Below, one piece after another: positions 1 to 9,393 of a stretch of DNA of 19,498 bases. The stretch is taken from positions 1 through 19,498 of the forward strand of contig JBCDEZ010000029.1 of NCBI GenBank assembly GCA_039179045.1, in the 5' to 3' direction. The notes under the pieces were generated by a model. The model was given only the letters and a program-made list of their open reading frames with translations. It searched no databases and was not told the origin of the DNA. Position 1 is the stretch's first letter. Every line of letters starts with the position of its first letter. Source of the DNA: Chlamydiota bacterium. Lineage in GTDB: Bacteria > Chlamydiota > Chlamydiia > Chlamydiales > SM23-39. The position numbers and the translations under genes are program-made.

Positions 1-204
1 CTCGCAAAGAGCTCTTGTAGAAACAGCATTCTCTAGGATGAAAGGACTCTATGGTCCCATGTTCTACTCAAGAAAACCAAGCGCTCAAAGAGTAGAAGGT
101 TACTTAAAATCCCTGATGATGAATCAAATGATGAGAACCGAGAGCTAGAAAATCTTCAAGGATAGTCCTGGTTGGTCTGAAAATTTGATTTTTTCAACAA
201 GGCC
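1..204 (+). mobile_element. Right end of an IS903-like insertion sequence; terminal inverted repeat at 186-204
   Basis: 186-204 TGATTTTTTCAACAAGGCC. Its reverse complement GGCCTTGTTGAAAAAATCA differs at two positions from the IS903 18-bp TIR as I recall it (GGCTTTGTTGAATAAATC). It lies just downstream of the transposase stop. Confidence 0.85.
2..148 (+). CDS. C-terminal fragment of an IS5-family (IS903 group) DDE transposase, truncated by the window start
   Basis: Frame 2 reads SQRALVETAFSRMKGLYGPMFYSRKPSAQRVEGYLKSLMMNQMMRTES* (TAG 146-148). This resembles the IS903 transposase C-terminus (R-S-x-x-E-T-A-M-Y-R-x-K pattern), and an IS903-type terminal repeat follows. Confidence 0.85.
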   Translation, partial: SQRALVETAFSRMKGLYGPMFYSRKPSAQRVEGYLKSLMMNQMMRTES

Positions 205-527
205 GATGTGCATTGCAAGCACTTGCCTTCTCGCGGAATGAAACACTAGCTATAGCCACTATTGGTTTTTTTATTTCCGATAAAACTATACCTTTACTGA
301 AAGAGACTATACCTACCATTTTTTGATCTCTTCTCTGGCGAATCCGTGTTTATGAATCGTGTAAAGATCTTTTGGTGGTAACTCTATCCTATTCTTTTTC
401 AATTCATGCAACCTGAACCTCATGTCAGATAGTGTTGTCATGAGATTTTTGCTCAAATAGCAATCTGCCGGATGTGAATAGCAGTTCTAGCGTAGTGGCT
501 AGCAATACCTCTTCTTCGCTTGATTTG

Positions 528-620
528 TATAACCATTTCCCGTGAAGAATTGGGTTCAGCGGAAAGGTAGAGATGGGAGTTATTTCTGATCCGTCCCTTC
601 AAGTTCAGGGAAAGGTGATC
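528..620 (+). repeat. Partial copy (left half) of the 180-bp MITE-like repeat (copy A)
   Basis: TATAACCATTTCCCGTGAAGAATTGGGTTCAGCGGAAAGGTAGAGATG... aligns ungapped to 17868 onward with 52/70 identities by manual count. Similarity fades after about 620. Confidence 0.8.
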
Positions 621-715
621 GAGCAAATTGCACCATAGCAGAAATCGTGGCAAAAAGAATAGAGGACCCTAACGCCAACTGCAGGCAAGTCTTGTGGGAA
701 GGTGAAGGAAAAGTA

Positions 716-768
716 GAAAAGAAAAGCGCCCATGCAGGGAGGGAAGATCTACCTTGCATGGGGAGCTT
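716..768 (-). terminator. Probable intrinsic terminator downstream of pnp
   Basis: Stem CCCATGCA (729-736) / TGCATGGG (755-762), extended by AAGC/GCTT. On the minus strand it is followed by a U-rich tract (CTTTTCTTTTCTACTTTT), about 15 nt after the pnp stop. Confidence 0.65.
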
Positions 769-781
769 CAAGAGAAATGAT

Positions 782-2896
782 TTAGGCCTTGCGGACCTTT
801 TCTTTTTCTTTTTTGGGAAGAAGAGCCTTATGGCTCAACCGAATCTGTCCACGATCATTGATCTCTAGGACTTTCACCTCTAGAGAATCTCCTTCTTTAT
901 AGAGATCTTGTAGATTCTCTACCCTGCTGTGGGAGATTTCTGAAATATGACAAAGTCCTTCTTTGCCTGGCAGGATTTCTACAAAGAGTCCAAAAGCAAC
1001 GATGGAAACAATTTTTCCAGAATAGATCGCTTCGACTTCGACTTCAGCAGTTAGGCCGTGGATGATCGCCTTAGCTTTTTCCATCGACTCATTGTCGTTC
1101 GACGCGATGGATACAATCCCTGCATCATCAATGTCAATCTCTACTCCAGTCTCTTCGATAATGGCGCGAATCTGCTTGCCTCCTGGACCAATCACAACAC
1201 CGATTTTGCTTGGCTTGATCTGTATGTGCTCAATTCTTGGCGCGTGCTTTGATAGGCTCTCTTTCGATTTGGGTAGGGTTTGAAGCATTTCTTCGAGAAT
1301 ATATGTTCTTCCTTCCTTGGCTTGCTTCAGGGCTTTTTGCATGATTTCCCTGGTGATACCCTCTACTTTGATATCCATTTGAAAGGCAGTAACTCCTTTC
1401 TCATCTCCTGTCACCTTGAAATCCATATCTCCAAGAGCATCCTCTGCGCCAAGAATGTCGGAGAGAATCGCGACACGGTCTCCTTCCAAGATCAGACCCA
1501 TTGCAATGCCAGCTGTGGGGCGGGTGATTGGAACGCCGGCATCCATCAATGCGATGCAACCGCCGCATACGGAGGCCATAGAAGAAGAACCATTCGATTC
1601 GGTAATGTTTGACTCGAGGCGGATCACGTAAGGGAAATCTTCTTTACTAGGTAATGTGCTCATCAAAGCTCTTTCTGCGAGTTTCCCGTGCCCCATCTCT
1701 CTTCTACTTACAGGGCCCATTCGACCTACCTCTCCAACGGAAAACGGGGGAAAGGAATACTGGAGGTAGAATCGCTGCACATCTTCTCCTTGGAGATTCT
1801 CAAAGCGCTGTGCCATGGTTTCTCCTCCTAATGTGCAGACGGCGAGGGCTTGTGTCTCGCCCCTTGTAAAAAGAGCGCTTCCATGTACTCGGGGCAAAAG
1901 GCCATGTTCAATATCAATTGGACGAATCTCATCGAGTTTTCTTCCATCGATACGAGTATGAGTGTTGAGTACCGATTCGCGCATGCACTTTGCGGACAAT
2001 TTTTTGAGAGCGCTCTTGATCTCTCTCGGAGTAAAGCGAGCAGGCTCTTCCGAAGTCAGCGAGCTCATCACTGTCTCTTCAATTTTTGCAAGAGCAGCTT
2101 CCCTCTCTTGTTTGTCCGCAATCTGCAAACTCTCTTGGAGGAGATGGTGCGCCATCTTATACACTTCTTCTTGTGCTTCTTGTGAGAGTGCTTTCAACGA
2201 GTCCGTGCGTTTTTCTTTGCCTAGCTTTGTTTGCCATTCGCTCAGTGCACAGCAGATAGTCCGGATCGCTTCGTGTCCTACATCCACAGCTTCGAGAAGC
2301 TCCTCTTCTGAGAGGAAATCGCAATAGCCTTCGGTCATTAGGATCGCTTTTTCTGTCCCGGCAAGAACGAGATCCAAAGTCGACTGTTTGAGCTGATCTT
2401 CATCGGGATTGATGATGAAAGCTCCGTTGACTCTACCAACGCGTACTGCTCCAATGGGGCATTTGATTGGGATTTCAGAAAGTACGAGAGCGGCAGATGC
2501 AGCGCAGATTGCTAGGACATCGGGTCTATTGACTCCGTCGTAGGAGTAGACGTAAGCGATAACCTGTGTGTCATGGTAGTACCCTTCGGGAAACATCGGG
2601 CGCGCAGGGCGGTCGATCATGCGACAGACGATAGTTTCTCTTTGTGTGGGTCTACCTTCTCTTTTGATCCAACCTCCGAGAGTTTTTCCAGCAGAAGAGA
2701 ATTTTTCCTGATAATCGACCCGTAGGGGCAGAAAATCGACATCTTCTAAAGGAGTTTTTGAGGCACATGCTGTAGAAAAAACAGTAGTCTCTCCCGCATG
2801 TAGAAAGACAGCCCCTCCAGCTTGACGCGCTACTTTCCCTGTCTCAAAGACCAGTTTTTTTCCTTGAATGGTAACTTCCATTTTTTCTCGTTTCAT
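782..2896 (-). CDS. pnp: Polyribonucleotide nucleotidyltransferase (PNPase)
   Basis: 704 aa. Two RNase PH domains (KREGRP, RIDGR, HGSALFTRGETQ, ESNGSSSMAS, GDMDFKV), a KH domain (IGPGGKQI) and an S1 domain (EGLCHISE). SD AAGGAG upstream. Confidence 0.99.
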   Translation of the reverse strand: MKREKMEVTIQGKKLVFETGKVARQAGGAVFLHAGETTVFSTACASKTPLEDVDFLPLRVDYQEKFSSAGKTLGGWIKREGRPTQRETIVCRMIDRPARPMFPEGYYHDTQVIAYVYSYDGVNRPDVLAICAASAALVLSEIPIKCPIGAVRVGRVNGAFIINPDEDQLKQSTLDLVLAGTEKAILMTEGYCDFLSEEELLEAVDVGHEAIRTICCALSEWQTKLGKEKRTDSLKALSQEAQEEVYKMAHHLLQESLQIADKQEREAALAKIEETVMSSLTSEEPARFTPREIKSALKKLSAKCMRESVLNTHTRIDGRKLDEIRPIDIEHGLLPRVHGSALFTRGETQALAVCTLGGETMAQRFENLQGEDVQRFYLQYSFPPFSVGEVGRMGPVSRREMGHGKLAERALMSTLPSKEDFPYVIRLESNITESNGSSSMASVCGGCIALMDAGVPITRPTAGIAMGLILEGDRVAILSDILGAEDALGDMDFKVTGDEKGVTAFQMDIKVEGITREIMQKALKQAKEGRTYILEEMLQTLPKSKESLSKHAPRIEHIQIKPSKIGVVIGPGGKQIRAIIEETGVEIDIDDAGIVSIASNDNESMEKAKAIIHGLTAEVEVEAIYSGKIVSIVAFGLFVEILPGKEGLCHISEISHSRVENLQDLYKEGDSLEVKVLEINDRGQIRLSHKALLPKKEKEKVRKA

Positions 2897-3024
2897 GAGC
2901 TCTCCTTAAGGGCGTTCGCAATCAAAAAAGGCGGGTAGAGAAAAGACTTGATGTGTGTGATCTATTCTAACGTCTATTTTTGAGAAATGATTGATAGGTT
3001 CGTATTGATTCTCAAAAAATATGA

Positions 3025-3294
3025 TTATTTTCTAAGTTTCAATCTTGTAATTAGAAGTTGATACCGCTTTGTATCTGTAGAATTGAGGTAATCCAAAAGT
3101 TTTCTTCTTTGGCCAACATTTTTCACAAGATTTAGTCGCGAAGCGTGATCTTTAGGATTCAACTTCAAGTGCTCTGTGAGCTCAGCAATCCTTTCTGTAA
3201 GAATGGCAATTTGTACATCAGCAGAACCCGTATCTTTCTCATGTAATTGAAACTTTTTGGTAATTTCTTCTTTGGTACCTTTATCTAAAGACAT
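3025..3294 (-). CDS. rpsO: 30S ribosomal protein S15
   Basis: 89 aa with [13 protein letters not shown] and RRKLLDYL; upstream of pnp as in most bacteria. Confidence 0.99.
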   Translation of the reverse strand: MSLDKGTKEEITKKFQLHEKDTGSADVQIAILTERIAELTEHLKLNPKDHASRLNLVKNVGQRRKLLDYLNSTDTKRYQLLITRLKLRK

Positions 3295-3347
3295 GAATCC
3301 GTTTTCTCCGTGATAATGAACGTGCGTGTAATCAACTTATTTCTCTC

Positions 3348-3376
3348 ATTTTAGGAGGAAGTCTGTTATAAATCAA
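3348..3376 (-). promoter_or_regulatory. Sigma66/sigma70-type promoter for rpsO-pnp
   Basis: Minus strand TTGATT - 17 nt - TAAAAT, with the -10 about 53 nt upstream of the rpsO ATG. Confidence 0.65.
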
Positions 3377-3406
3377 TAGGAATCTTTTTTAGAGATAAGG
3401 GAATAG

Positions 3407-3916
3407 ATGCACGAGAAAAAATTCGTTGAAAACGCGCCTCAAAAAAAATCCAACATCTTCTACATGCAAGAGGCATTGCGCGAAGCACGGATAGCTTTTG
3501 CAGCAGGAGAAGTGCCAGTGGGTGCTGTCGTTGTGCATGCAGGTCGGATCATTGGAAGGGGGCACAATCAGGTGGAAATGCTCCGTGACGCGACTGCGCA
3601 TGCCGAGATGATTGCTCTGAGCGCAGCATCGGCACACTTTGAAGATTGGAGGCTTTTGGATACCGATCTCTACGTCACGTTAGAGCCTTGTGTGATGTGT
3701 GCAGGTGCGCTCATGCAGTGCAGAGTAAAAAATGTTTTTTGGGGAGCTTCTGACATTCGTTTGGGGGCGGGCGGGAGTTTTGTAGATCTCTTTTCTTTGC
3801 AACATCCCATGCATCGGATAGCGGTGCAAGGAGGAATACTTGCAGAGGAATCGGCGCATCTGCTCCGCTCCTTTTTTCAAGAGAGGCGAGCAAAAAAGAC
3901 AGAGGGCCTTGAATGA
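3407..3916 (+). CDS. tadA: tRNA-specific adenosine(34) deaminase
   Basis: GEVPVGAVVV, HAE and LEPCVMC zinc-deaminase motifs, and C-terminal FFQERR. Divergent from rpsO as in Chlamydia. Confidence 0.93.
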   Translation: MHEKKFVENAPQKKSNIFYMQEALREARIAFAAGEVPVGAVVVHAGRIIGRGHNQVEMLRDATAHAEMIALSAASAHFEDWRLLDTDLYVTLEPCVMCAGALMQCRVKNVFWGASDIRLGAGGSFVDLFSLQHPMHRIAVQGGILAEESAHLLRSFFQERRAKKTEGLE

Positions 3917-4076
3917 AATCAGAGGTGGTATCGAGATCTAACAAAATGCTGGGGTGCTCTTTCGTAAACTGTGCACGATCCAGGCAGTTTCATTTTCATT
4001 GTGACTCGATCCAGACTCCAGTGAAGGCTACTTTATGCATTGGGCCCTTGGTATCTCTTCGTTTTAGAGAAGGCGA

Positions 4077-4955
4077 TTAGTGTGGGAAAGACCGTTTGGA
4101 AATCTCCTTCATCCGCCTGCGCTCTTGTTTAGTGAGACTTTGCTCGCCGAACTCAGCAATTTTTGCTAGCATTGTATCCATGAAAAGCTCGTCTTTTGAA
4201 AGCTCTTTTCCTGTCTGAAAGTCGTAGACTTTCCCTTTTTTCGGTCTCCACAGCAGATCGACCACTTCTTGAGCTCTTCTTTCGAAAGAGTAGAGTTTAG
4301 GAAATGGGCTGAGAACCTTATAGCAGCATACGGTATAGAGGTAGCCGTAGGCGCCCGCAGAAAAATACGCAAATAAAGAAGAAAAGTCTCCTTGGATTAA
4401 GGAGAGAAAAAGGTGACAAATCCAAAAGCCTACAATCAGTAGCACAGTATTCAAAGGAATCGAGAAGAAAAGGTAGATCTTGCCGTAAGGATTGAGCATC
4501 ATCCAGGCAAAAAGCAGGATATAAACCGAGCTATGTGCTCCCATAAAAGGAAGGGAGTGGGGAATAAAGTAGAGGAGAGAGGCATGCAAAGTACCACAGA
4601 TAGCGGTGCCTGAGAAGTAGAAGGCTAATAAGGAACGCTCACCTCGAAGTTCGCAGAGGGAGCACCCAATAGACCACACGAGATATAGCTTAAAAGCTAA
4701 GTCAATTAGATAGTGTAAGGACATCTGTCCCCATAACGGCTGCACAAATCCATAGAGAACTAATTGCCAAAGATAGCCCCGGCTTAGGCAGTGGGGTGTC
4801 AGGGCAAAAAGCTCCACGAGGTAGTGTGAGGAAAAAATGGGAAAAAATTCTTTGCAAACTGCCCAAAAGAGGCTACAAAAAAAGATGCATCCCATCAAGA
4901 ATTGGACGCCTCGAGGGGTGTTTATGGGAGCTCTATAAATGGTTTGTCTGTACAT
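4077..4955 (-). CDS. Rhomboid-like intramembrane protein, probably catalytically inactive, with a C-terminal DUF6576-like helical tail
   Basis: About 6 hydrophobic segments, a LWQLVLY loop motif and ELRGERSLLAFY. The C-terminal MDTMLAKIAEFGEQSLTKQERRRM resembles the tail of many bacterial rhomboids. Confidence 0.7.
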   Translation of the reverse strand: MYRQTIYRAPINTPRGVQFLMGCIFFCSLFWAVCKEFFPIFSSHYLVELFALTPHCLSRGYLWQLVLYGFVQPLWGQMSLHYLIDLAFKLYLVWSIGCSLCELRGERSLLAFYFSGTAICGTLHASLLYFIPHSLPFMGAHSSVYILLFAWMMLNPYGKIYLFFSIPLNTVLLIVGFWICHLFLSLIQGDFSSLFAYFSAGAYGYLYTVCCYKVLSPFPKLYSFERRAQEVVDLLWRPKKGKVYDFQTGKELSKDELFMDTMLAKIAEFGEQSLTKQERRRMKEISKRSFPH

Positions 4956-5180
4956 GCCTTCTCTATTCTACAGAAAGTAGCGCATTGTTTTCTATACGTG
5001 CCCGCTCTAACCCAGGGGGATCGCATTTACATTTCCTTGCAAAAAACTTCTTCTAGGTTGTTTCCGTTCATCTAAAAATAGTTTTGCGTCCGTTTTAGAC
5101 TTTTCTTGCCCTGTACTGCGCGAAGAATATTCAAGGCCCATTTTCTAGCTAGAGACATGTTTTCAGGAGAGTGGTCTTTG

Positions 5181-5307
5181 GAAATCTGTGATCTGTCTTC
5201 ATTGAAGGTGGTATCTAATACCCCACATGAAGCAGTCGTCGCAGGTGTTCAAAAAATTTGCGACAGATTTGGTTCAATGAAGATGAACCAAATTGTTCAT
5301 AAATTTC
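5181..5307 (+). other. Multi-hairpin structured element (candidate ncRNA or second palindromic repeat family)
   Basis: Closing stem 5181-5191/5297-5307 encloses three consecutive hairpins at 5193-5235, 5238-5264 and 5267-5293 (the last a perfect 10-bp stem). Confidence 0.45.
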
Positions 5308-5410
5308 AATTGCCTATAGCTTGAAACAAGCCGAGCGTACTCCAAGAGGTGAATCTCTAGATTCGCACTTTGCATCTCGAAAGCTTCTGTTTTTGATTGA
5401 AATAGACACC

Positions 5411-5590
5411 TATAGCACTCTTGACCGAAGACTTGGGTGAGAAAATTCTCCAGTAGGAAAATGGTGGGATTTTTGGAGAATTTGTCCTCAACCAGTTCAG
5501 CTCCTTATCCTGGAACTGAAAAAACGGATCGCAAATACCTCCCGTTTCTATTCCTCTCCTTAATTTAATTCTCCAACTGAGATGAGTACA
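5411..5590 (-). repeat. Full-length, diverged copy of the 180-bp MITE-like repeat (copy B)
   Basis: Begins TATAGCACTCTTGACCGAAGACTTG and ends AATTCTCCAACTGAGATGAGTACA. About two-thirds identical to 18578-18757 with one deletion and one insertion, and shares GGTGGGATTTTTGGAGA exactly. Confidence 0.88.
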
Positions 5591-5759
5591 CAATTGGGTA
5601 TTACAGCCTGGAGGGCTGCTTTCCCGTTTTCAAAAAAAATTCGAGCTGATAGTTCCGCTCTTTTTCGGTGCAAAATGCCTTGTAGTTTTTTTAGAAAAAA
5701 AATAGACTTAATAGAGTCTCATAATCGTAAATTTCATATTTTATAGTAAGGTTTTGTAC

Positions 5760-6080
5760 ATGAAAAAATCGAAACACCCACCTTATCAAGAGGTTTTGTT
5801 CTTGGATTCTTCTACAGGTAAGGCATTCGTGATTGGTAGCACAATGCAGCCTAAAGACACTGCGGAGCATGAAGGGAAAACCTACCCCGTTGTGCGCCTT
5901 CCCGTATCTTCCGCTTCCCATCCTTTTTTCACTGGTAGTGAAAAGTTTGTCGATTCGGAGGGGCGCGTAAGCCGCTTTTCAAAGCGCTACGCAAAAAAGC
6001 GCGAAGAAGAGAAAAAGCAGAAAGAGCAAAGAGAGGAAGCCCTCAAAGAGCAAGCTAAGAATAAGACCAAAAAGAAATGA
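5760..6080 (+). CDS. rpmE2: 50S ribosomal protein L31 type B
   Basis: [20 protein letters not shown]...[11 protein letters not shown], with no zinc cysteines and a Lys/Glu-rich tail. ATG 5760 is preferred over TTG 5754 because it gives the usual MKK-x-x-HP start. The stop overlaps the prfA start (ATGA). Confidence 0.96.
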   Translation: MKKSKHPPYQEVLFLDSSTGKAFVIGSTMQPKDTAEHEGKTYPVVRLPVSSASHPFFTGSEKFVDSEGRVSRFSKRYAKKREEEKKQKEQREEALKEQAKNKTKKK

Positions 6081-7144
6081 AGGAGAAGTTGCGCCGGTTT
6101 TTCGACAGACTCCAGGAACTGGAGGGGTTGTTAAGCCAGCCCGAATTGCTTGCAGATAAGGAGGCTTACCGCAACCTTACTCGAGAGCACTCCTATCTTC
6201 TCGCGCTCAAAGAGGCCTCTTTCGACTACGACCGTTTGCAGTCAGATTTAGAGGAGAATCAACGCCTCCTTAGCGAGGATTCTGACGAGGAGATGCGACA
6301 ACTGCTGAAAGAAGATATTCTTGAAATTCAGCAGAAACTCCCCGAAGCGAAGGCGCGCCTGGAATTCCTTCTAGTGCCTCCCGATCCCAATGATGATCGG
6401 AATACGATTGTGGAAATCCGCGCAGGTACGGGAGGAGAAGAGGCTGCTCTTTTCGTGGGAGATTGCGCGCGCATGTACAAAAACTTTGCAACAGCTAAGC
6501 GTTGGAACTTTGAGGGTTTATCTGCTACTGCCTCGGAAATGGGGGGGTTCAAGGAATACATTTTTGTTTTGTCAGGCGCGGGCGTGTACAGGGAGATGCG
6601 CTACGAGGCGGGAACGCACCGCGTGCAAAGAGTCCCTGCAACTGAGACGCAAGGTAGGGTGCACACCTCGACTGTGACTGTAGCGGTTCTTATGGAGCCC
6701 GATCCCCAGGAAAAAATTGCCATCTCTGAGTCAGATATTTCCATAGAAACCTATCGCGCTTCGGGAGCTGGCGGGCAGCATGTGAACGTGACTGACTCTG
6801 CTGTGCGGATTAGGCACATCCTCACAGGTACTGTAGTGACCTGTCAAGACGAGCGCTCTCAGCACAAGAATAAGGAAAAAGCATTACGCATTTTGTCTGC
6901 TCGTGTACAAGAAAAAATTGCACGCGAGCAGCAAAAAAAAGAGGCTGACTTACGCTCTTCTCAAGTAGGTTCGGGAGGTCGCCCTGAAAAAATCCGCACT
7001 TACAATTTTCCACAAAACCGGGTGACCGAGCACCGTATTCCACTCACTTGGCACGATTTGGATCGCATTATAGAAGGGGAGGCTTTGCAGAAGGTTATAA
7101 GCGCTCTTGTCGCTCATTTTTACGAACAGAAGCTGGTGCAGTGA
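6077..7144 (+). CDS. prfA: Peptide chain release factor 1
   Basis: GGQ motif (GAGGQHVN), RF1-specific PxT (RVPAT) and [12 protein letters not shown]. Confidence 0.99.
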   Translation: MKEKLRRFFDRLQELEGLLSQPELLADKEAYRNLTREHSYLLALKEASFDYDRLQSDLEENQRLLSEDSDEEMRQLLKEDILEIQQKLPEAKARLEFLLVPPDPNDDRNTIVEIRAGTGGEEAALFVGDCARMYKNFATAKRWNFEGLSATASEMGGFKEYIFVLSGAGVYREMRYEAGTHRVQRVPATETQGRVHTSTVTVAVLMEPDPQEKIAISESDISIETYRASGAGGQHVNVTDSAVRIRHILTGTVVTCQDERSQHKNKEKALRILSARVQEKIAREQQKKEADLRSSQVGSGGRPEKIRTYNFPQNRVTEHRIPLTWHDLDRIIEGEALQKVISALVAHFYEQKLVQ

Positions 7145-7147
7145 ACT

Positions 7148-7996
7148 GTGGAAACGATTCGCAACGTTCTGCAAAAAGGGATAGGATTTCTCGAGAAAAA
7201 AGGATTACACCCCGCAAGAAGATTGATGGAAGATCTCCTGATTTTCTATTTAAAAAAAAGCCGTTGTGACTTGTACCTCTGTTTCGAGCAACCCTTGGAA
7301 GAAGTTGAGCTGGTCCCGATCCGTAGCGCCCTTATCCGTTTGACGCAACATGAACCTCTGGAATACATCTTAGGCAAACATCTTTTTTACGGCCTGGAGT
7401 TGACGATCGAACCCTCCGTGCTTGTGCCTCGTCCTGAGACGGAGATCTTAGTGGATCTGATCGTGCAAAAAATCCGATCTTGCCCGAAAAAGCAGGCCAG
7501 TTTTTGGGATGTTGGAACGGGAAGTGGCGCGATTGGTCTCGGTATAAAAAAAGCGCTTCCAGAATTACTTGTGACGTTGAGCGATATTTGTCCCCGAGCC
7601 TTAGAGCTGGCAGGGAGAAATGCGGCAGAGCACTCTCTCGATGTACGCCTTTTGCAGGGTGATCTTTTTTCCCCCTTTTCTAGGGAGGAGAAGTTCGATT
7701 TTCTCGTTTTCAATCCCCCATACCTGTCCCAAGAAGCGTATGCAAAAGCGGATCCTGCCTTGCATCGCGAGCCTAAAATTGCGCTTGTTAGTGGGCCAAC
7801 AGGCCTCGAGTTTTACGAGCGTTTTGCCGGTTCGGTGAGGGCTTATCTCGCACCCTCAGCCGCTATTTTTCTAGAAATTGGTTTCGATCAAGGAGAAGCG
7901 GTGCAAAAAATTTTTTCCGATGCATTCTGGAAAAAAAGGGAAGTGCTTTTTGATTGGTCGGGGCACACTAGGTTCTTTTTTCTTGAAACAGATTGA
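7148..7996 (+). CDS. prmC: Release factor glutamine N5-methyltransferase (HemK/PrmC)
   Basis: EPLEYILG, LVPRPETE, DVGTGSG SAM motif and NPPY. GTG start; follows prfA. Confidence 0.97.
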   Translation: METIRNVLQKGIGFLEKKGLHPARRLMEDLLIFYLKKSRCDLYLCFEQPLEEVELVPIRSALIRLTQHEPLEYILGKHLFYGLELTIEPSVLVPRPETEILVDLIVQKIRSCPKKQASFWDVGTGSGAIGLGIKKALPELLVTLSDICPRALELAGRNAAEHSLDVRLLQGDLFSPFSREEKFDFLVFNPPYLSQEAYAKADPALHREPKIALVSGPTGLEFYERFAGSVRAYLAPSAAIFLEIGFDQGEAVQKIFSDAFWKKREVLFDWSGHTRFFFLETD

Positions 7997-8011
7997 TTTT
8001 TTCTATAAAAT
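7983..8011 (+). promoter_or_regulatory. Candidate internal promoter for ffh-rpsP-trmD-rplS
   Basis: TTGAAA (7983-7988) - 17 nt - TAAAAT (8006-8011), 35 nt before the ffh ATG. Confidence 0.55.
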
Positions 8012-8046
8012 AGGCAAAAAACAGATTATGATCTCTTCTCTTTTTT

Positions 8047-9393
8047 ATGTTTCAAACATTAACTAAAAAGTTGCAAAGCGCCTTTTCCTATTTTGGAAAG
8101 GGTAAGTCTCTCACAGAAAAAAATCTGGCAGAGGCAATTCGCTCTGTGCGTCTGGCTCTTTTGGAAGCAGACGTCAACTATGCAGTGGTGAGTCGATTCA
8201 TCAAAAAAGTGAAAGAAGAAGCACTTGGCCGTTCTCTTCTCAAATCGGTCAAGCCAAAGGAACAATTTATCAAGATCATTCACGATTCTTTACAAGAATT
8301 GATGGGGTCCGACGAGACAGAGCTGCAATTCTCTGGACGCCCGTCCGGCATCATGCTCTGCGGATTGCAAGGATCTGGAAAGACGACACACGCGATCAAG
8401 CTAGCCTATTTCTTGCAGAAAAAGGAGCAGAAAAAAGTTCTTGTTGCCGCTTGTGACTTGCAAAGACCGGCTGCAATTCTTCAGCTACAAACCCTTGCAA
8501 AAGAGCACGACATACCTTGTTTTGTGCAGGAAAAAGCAAAGGATCCTGTGCTTGTTGCAAAAGAGGCTTTTGCAGAGGCATTCCGAGAGAAATTTGATGT
8601 GGTGATTTTCGATACGGCAGGTAGGTTGCACATCGATCAAGGATTGATGCAAGAGCTGGTTGCGATCAAAAGACTAGTAGATCCTAAGGAAGTACTCTTT
8701 GTTGCGAACGCCTCTTTGGGGCAAGATGCGGTCAAAACAGCGCAATCATTTGAGCAAGAAGTTGGGATCACGGGATCGATTCTCACAATGCTTGATGGTG
8801 ATGCAAGAGCTGGTGCTGCCCTCTCGATCCGAGAGGTAACACAAAAGCCATTGAAATTCGAGGGTACGGGAGAAAAAGTACACGACTTGCAGGTATTTCA
8901 CCCCAAGTCGATGGCCGATCGGATTCTAGGCATGGGAGATATCGTCAATCTTGTCCGGAAAGCAGAAAATCTATTCGACGAGGAAGAAACGAAGAATATA
9001 GAGGAGAAGCTGCGCGCGTCGCGGTTCACCTACGCCGATTACCTCCAGCAGATGCGCTCCATGAAGAAAATGGGATCTTTCAAGAGTTTACTCAAACTTT
9101 TGCCCGGAGCAGGCAAACTACCCGGCCTCGATGCTTCTCAAGATTTTTTGGAGCAAACCGAAGCAATCATCCTATCGATGACTCCTGCAGAGAGGCAAGA
9201 AGAAGTAGAACTTTCCCGCTCGAGGCGCATAAGAATTGCGAAAGGAGCAGGAGTACCCCTCCCTGTTATCGATAAGACGGTAAAAGGATTCAAAAAAATC
9301 AAGCAGCTGTGTAAAAATATGCCCAAGAATCTGAAGAAGATGGGTAGTTTTGAAGACATACAAAAAACAATGGGAAAAATGAAATGGCATTGA
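8047..9393 (+). CDS. ffh: Signal recognition particle protein
   Basis: ALLEADV, GLQGSGKTT, DTAGR and RILGMGD motifs, plus a Met-rich M domain. Confidence 0.99.
   Translation: MFQTLTKKLQSAFSYFGKGKSLTEKNLAEAIRSVRLALLEADVNYAVVSRFIKKVKEEALGRSLLKSVKPKEQFIKIIHDSLQELMGSDETELQFSGRPSGIMLCGLQGSGKTTHAIKLAYFLQKKEQKKVLVAACDLQRPAAILQLQTLAKEHDIPCFVQEKAKDPVLVAKEAFAEAFREKFDVVIFDTAGRLHIDQGLMQELVAIKRLVDPKEVLFVANASLGQDAVKTAQSFEQEVGITGSILTMLDGDARAGAALSIREVTQKPLKFEGTGEKVHDLQVFHPKSMADRILGMGDIVNLVRKAENLFDEEETKNIEEKLRASRFTYADYLQQMRSMKKMGSFKSLLKLLPGAGKLPGLDASQDFLEQTEAIILSMTPAERQEEVELSRSRRIRIAKGAGVPLPVIDKTVKGFKKIKQLCKNMPKNLKKMGSFEDIQKTMGKMKWH

Noticed and set aside
285..314. Direct repeat ACTATACCT x2 with a 21-nt period
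   Set aside because: Two short copies only; not a CRISPR or iteron array and compatible with chance.
251..503. Inverted 9-mer TAGCCACTA/TAGTGGCTA with internal hairpins, a possible third MITE
   Set aside because: Only 9 bp match, the right end lacks TATA, and there is no second copy in the window.
453..868. Short ORFs 453-653, 580-771 and 647-868
   Set aside because: They overlap the MITE fragment, the terminator or the pnp antisense strand, and show no recognisable motifs.
3295..3345. Possible S15-binding autoregulatory leader upstream of rpsO
   Set aside because: The position fits, but I can see only a weak TGAT/ATCA pairing; a covariance-model search is needed.
5106..5324. 72-aa ORF over the structured element
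   Set aside because: TTG start without an SD and no motifs; the hairpins explain the region better.
5357..5593. 78-aa ORF spanning MITE copy B, suggesting the repeat is coding
   Set aside because: The same frame has an early TGA in copies C and D, and C/D mismatches show no third-position bias.
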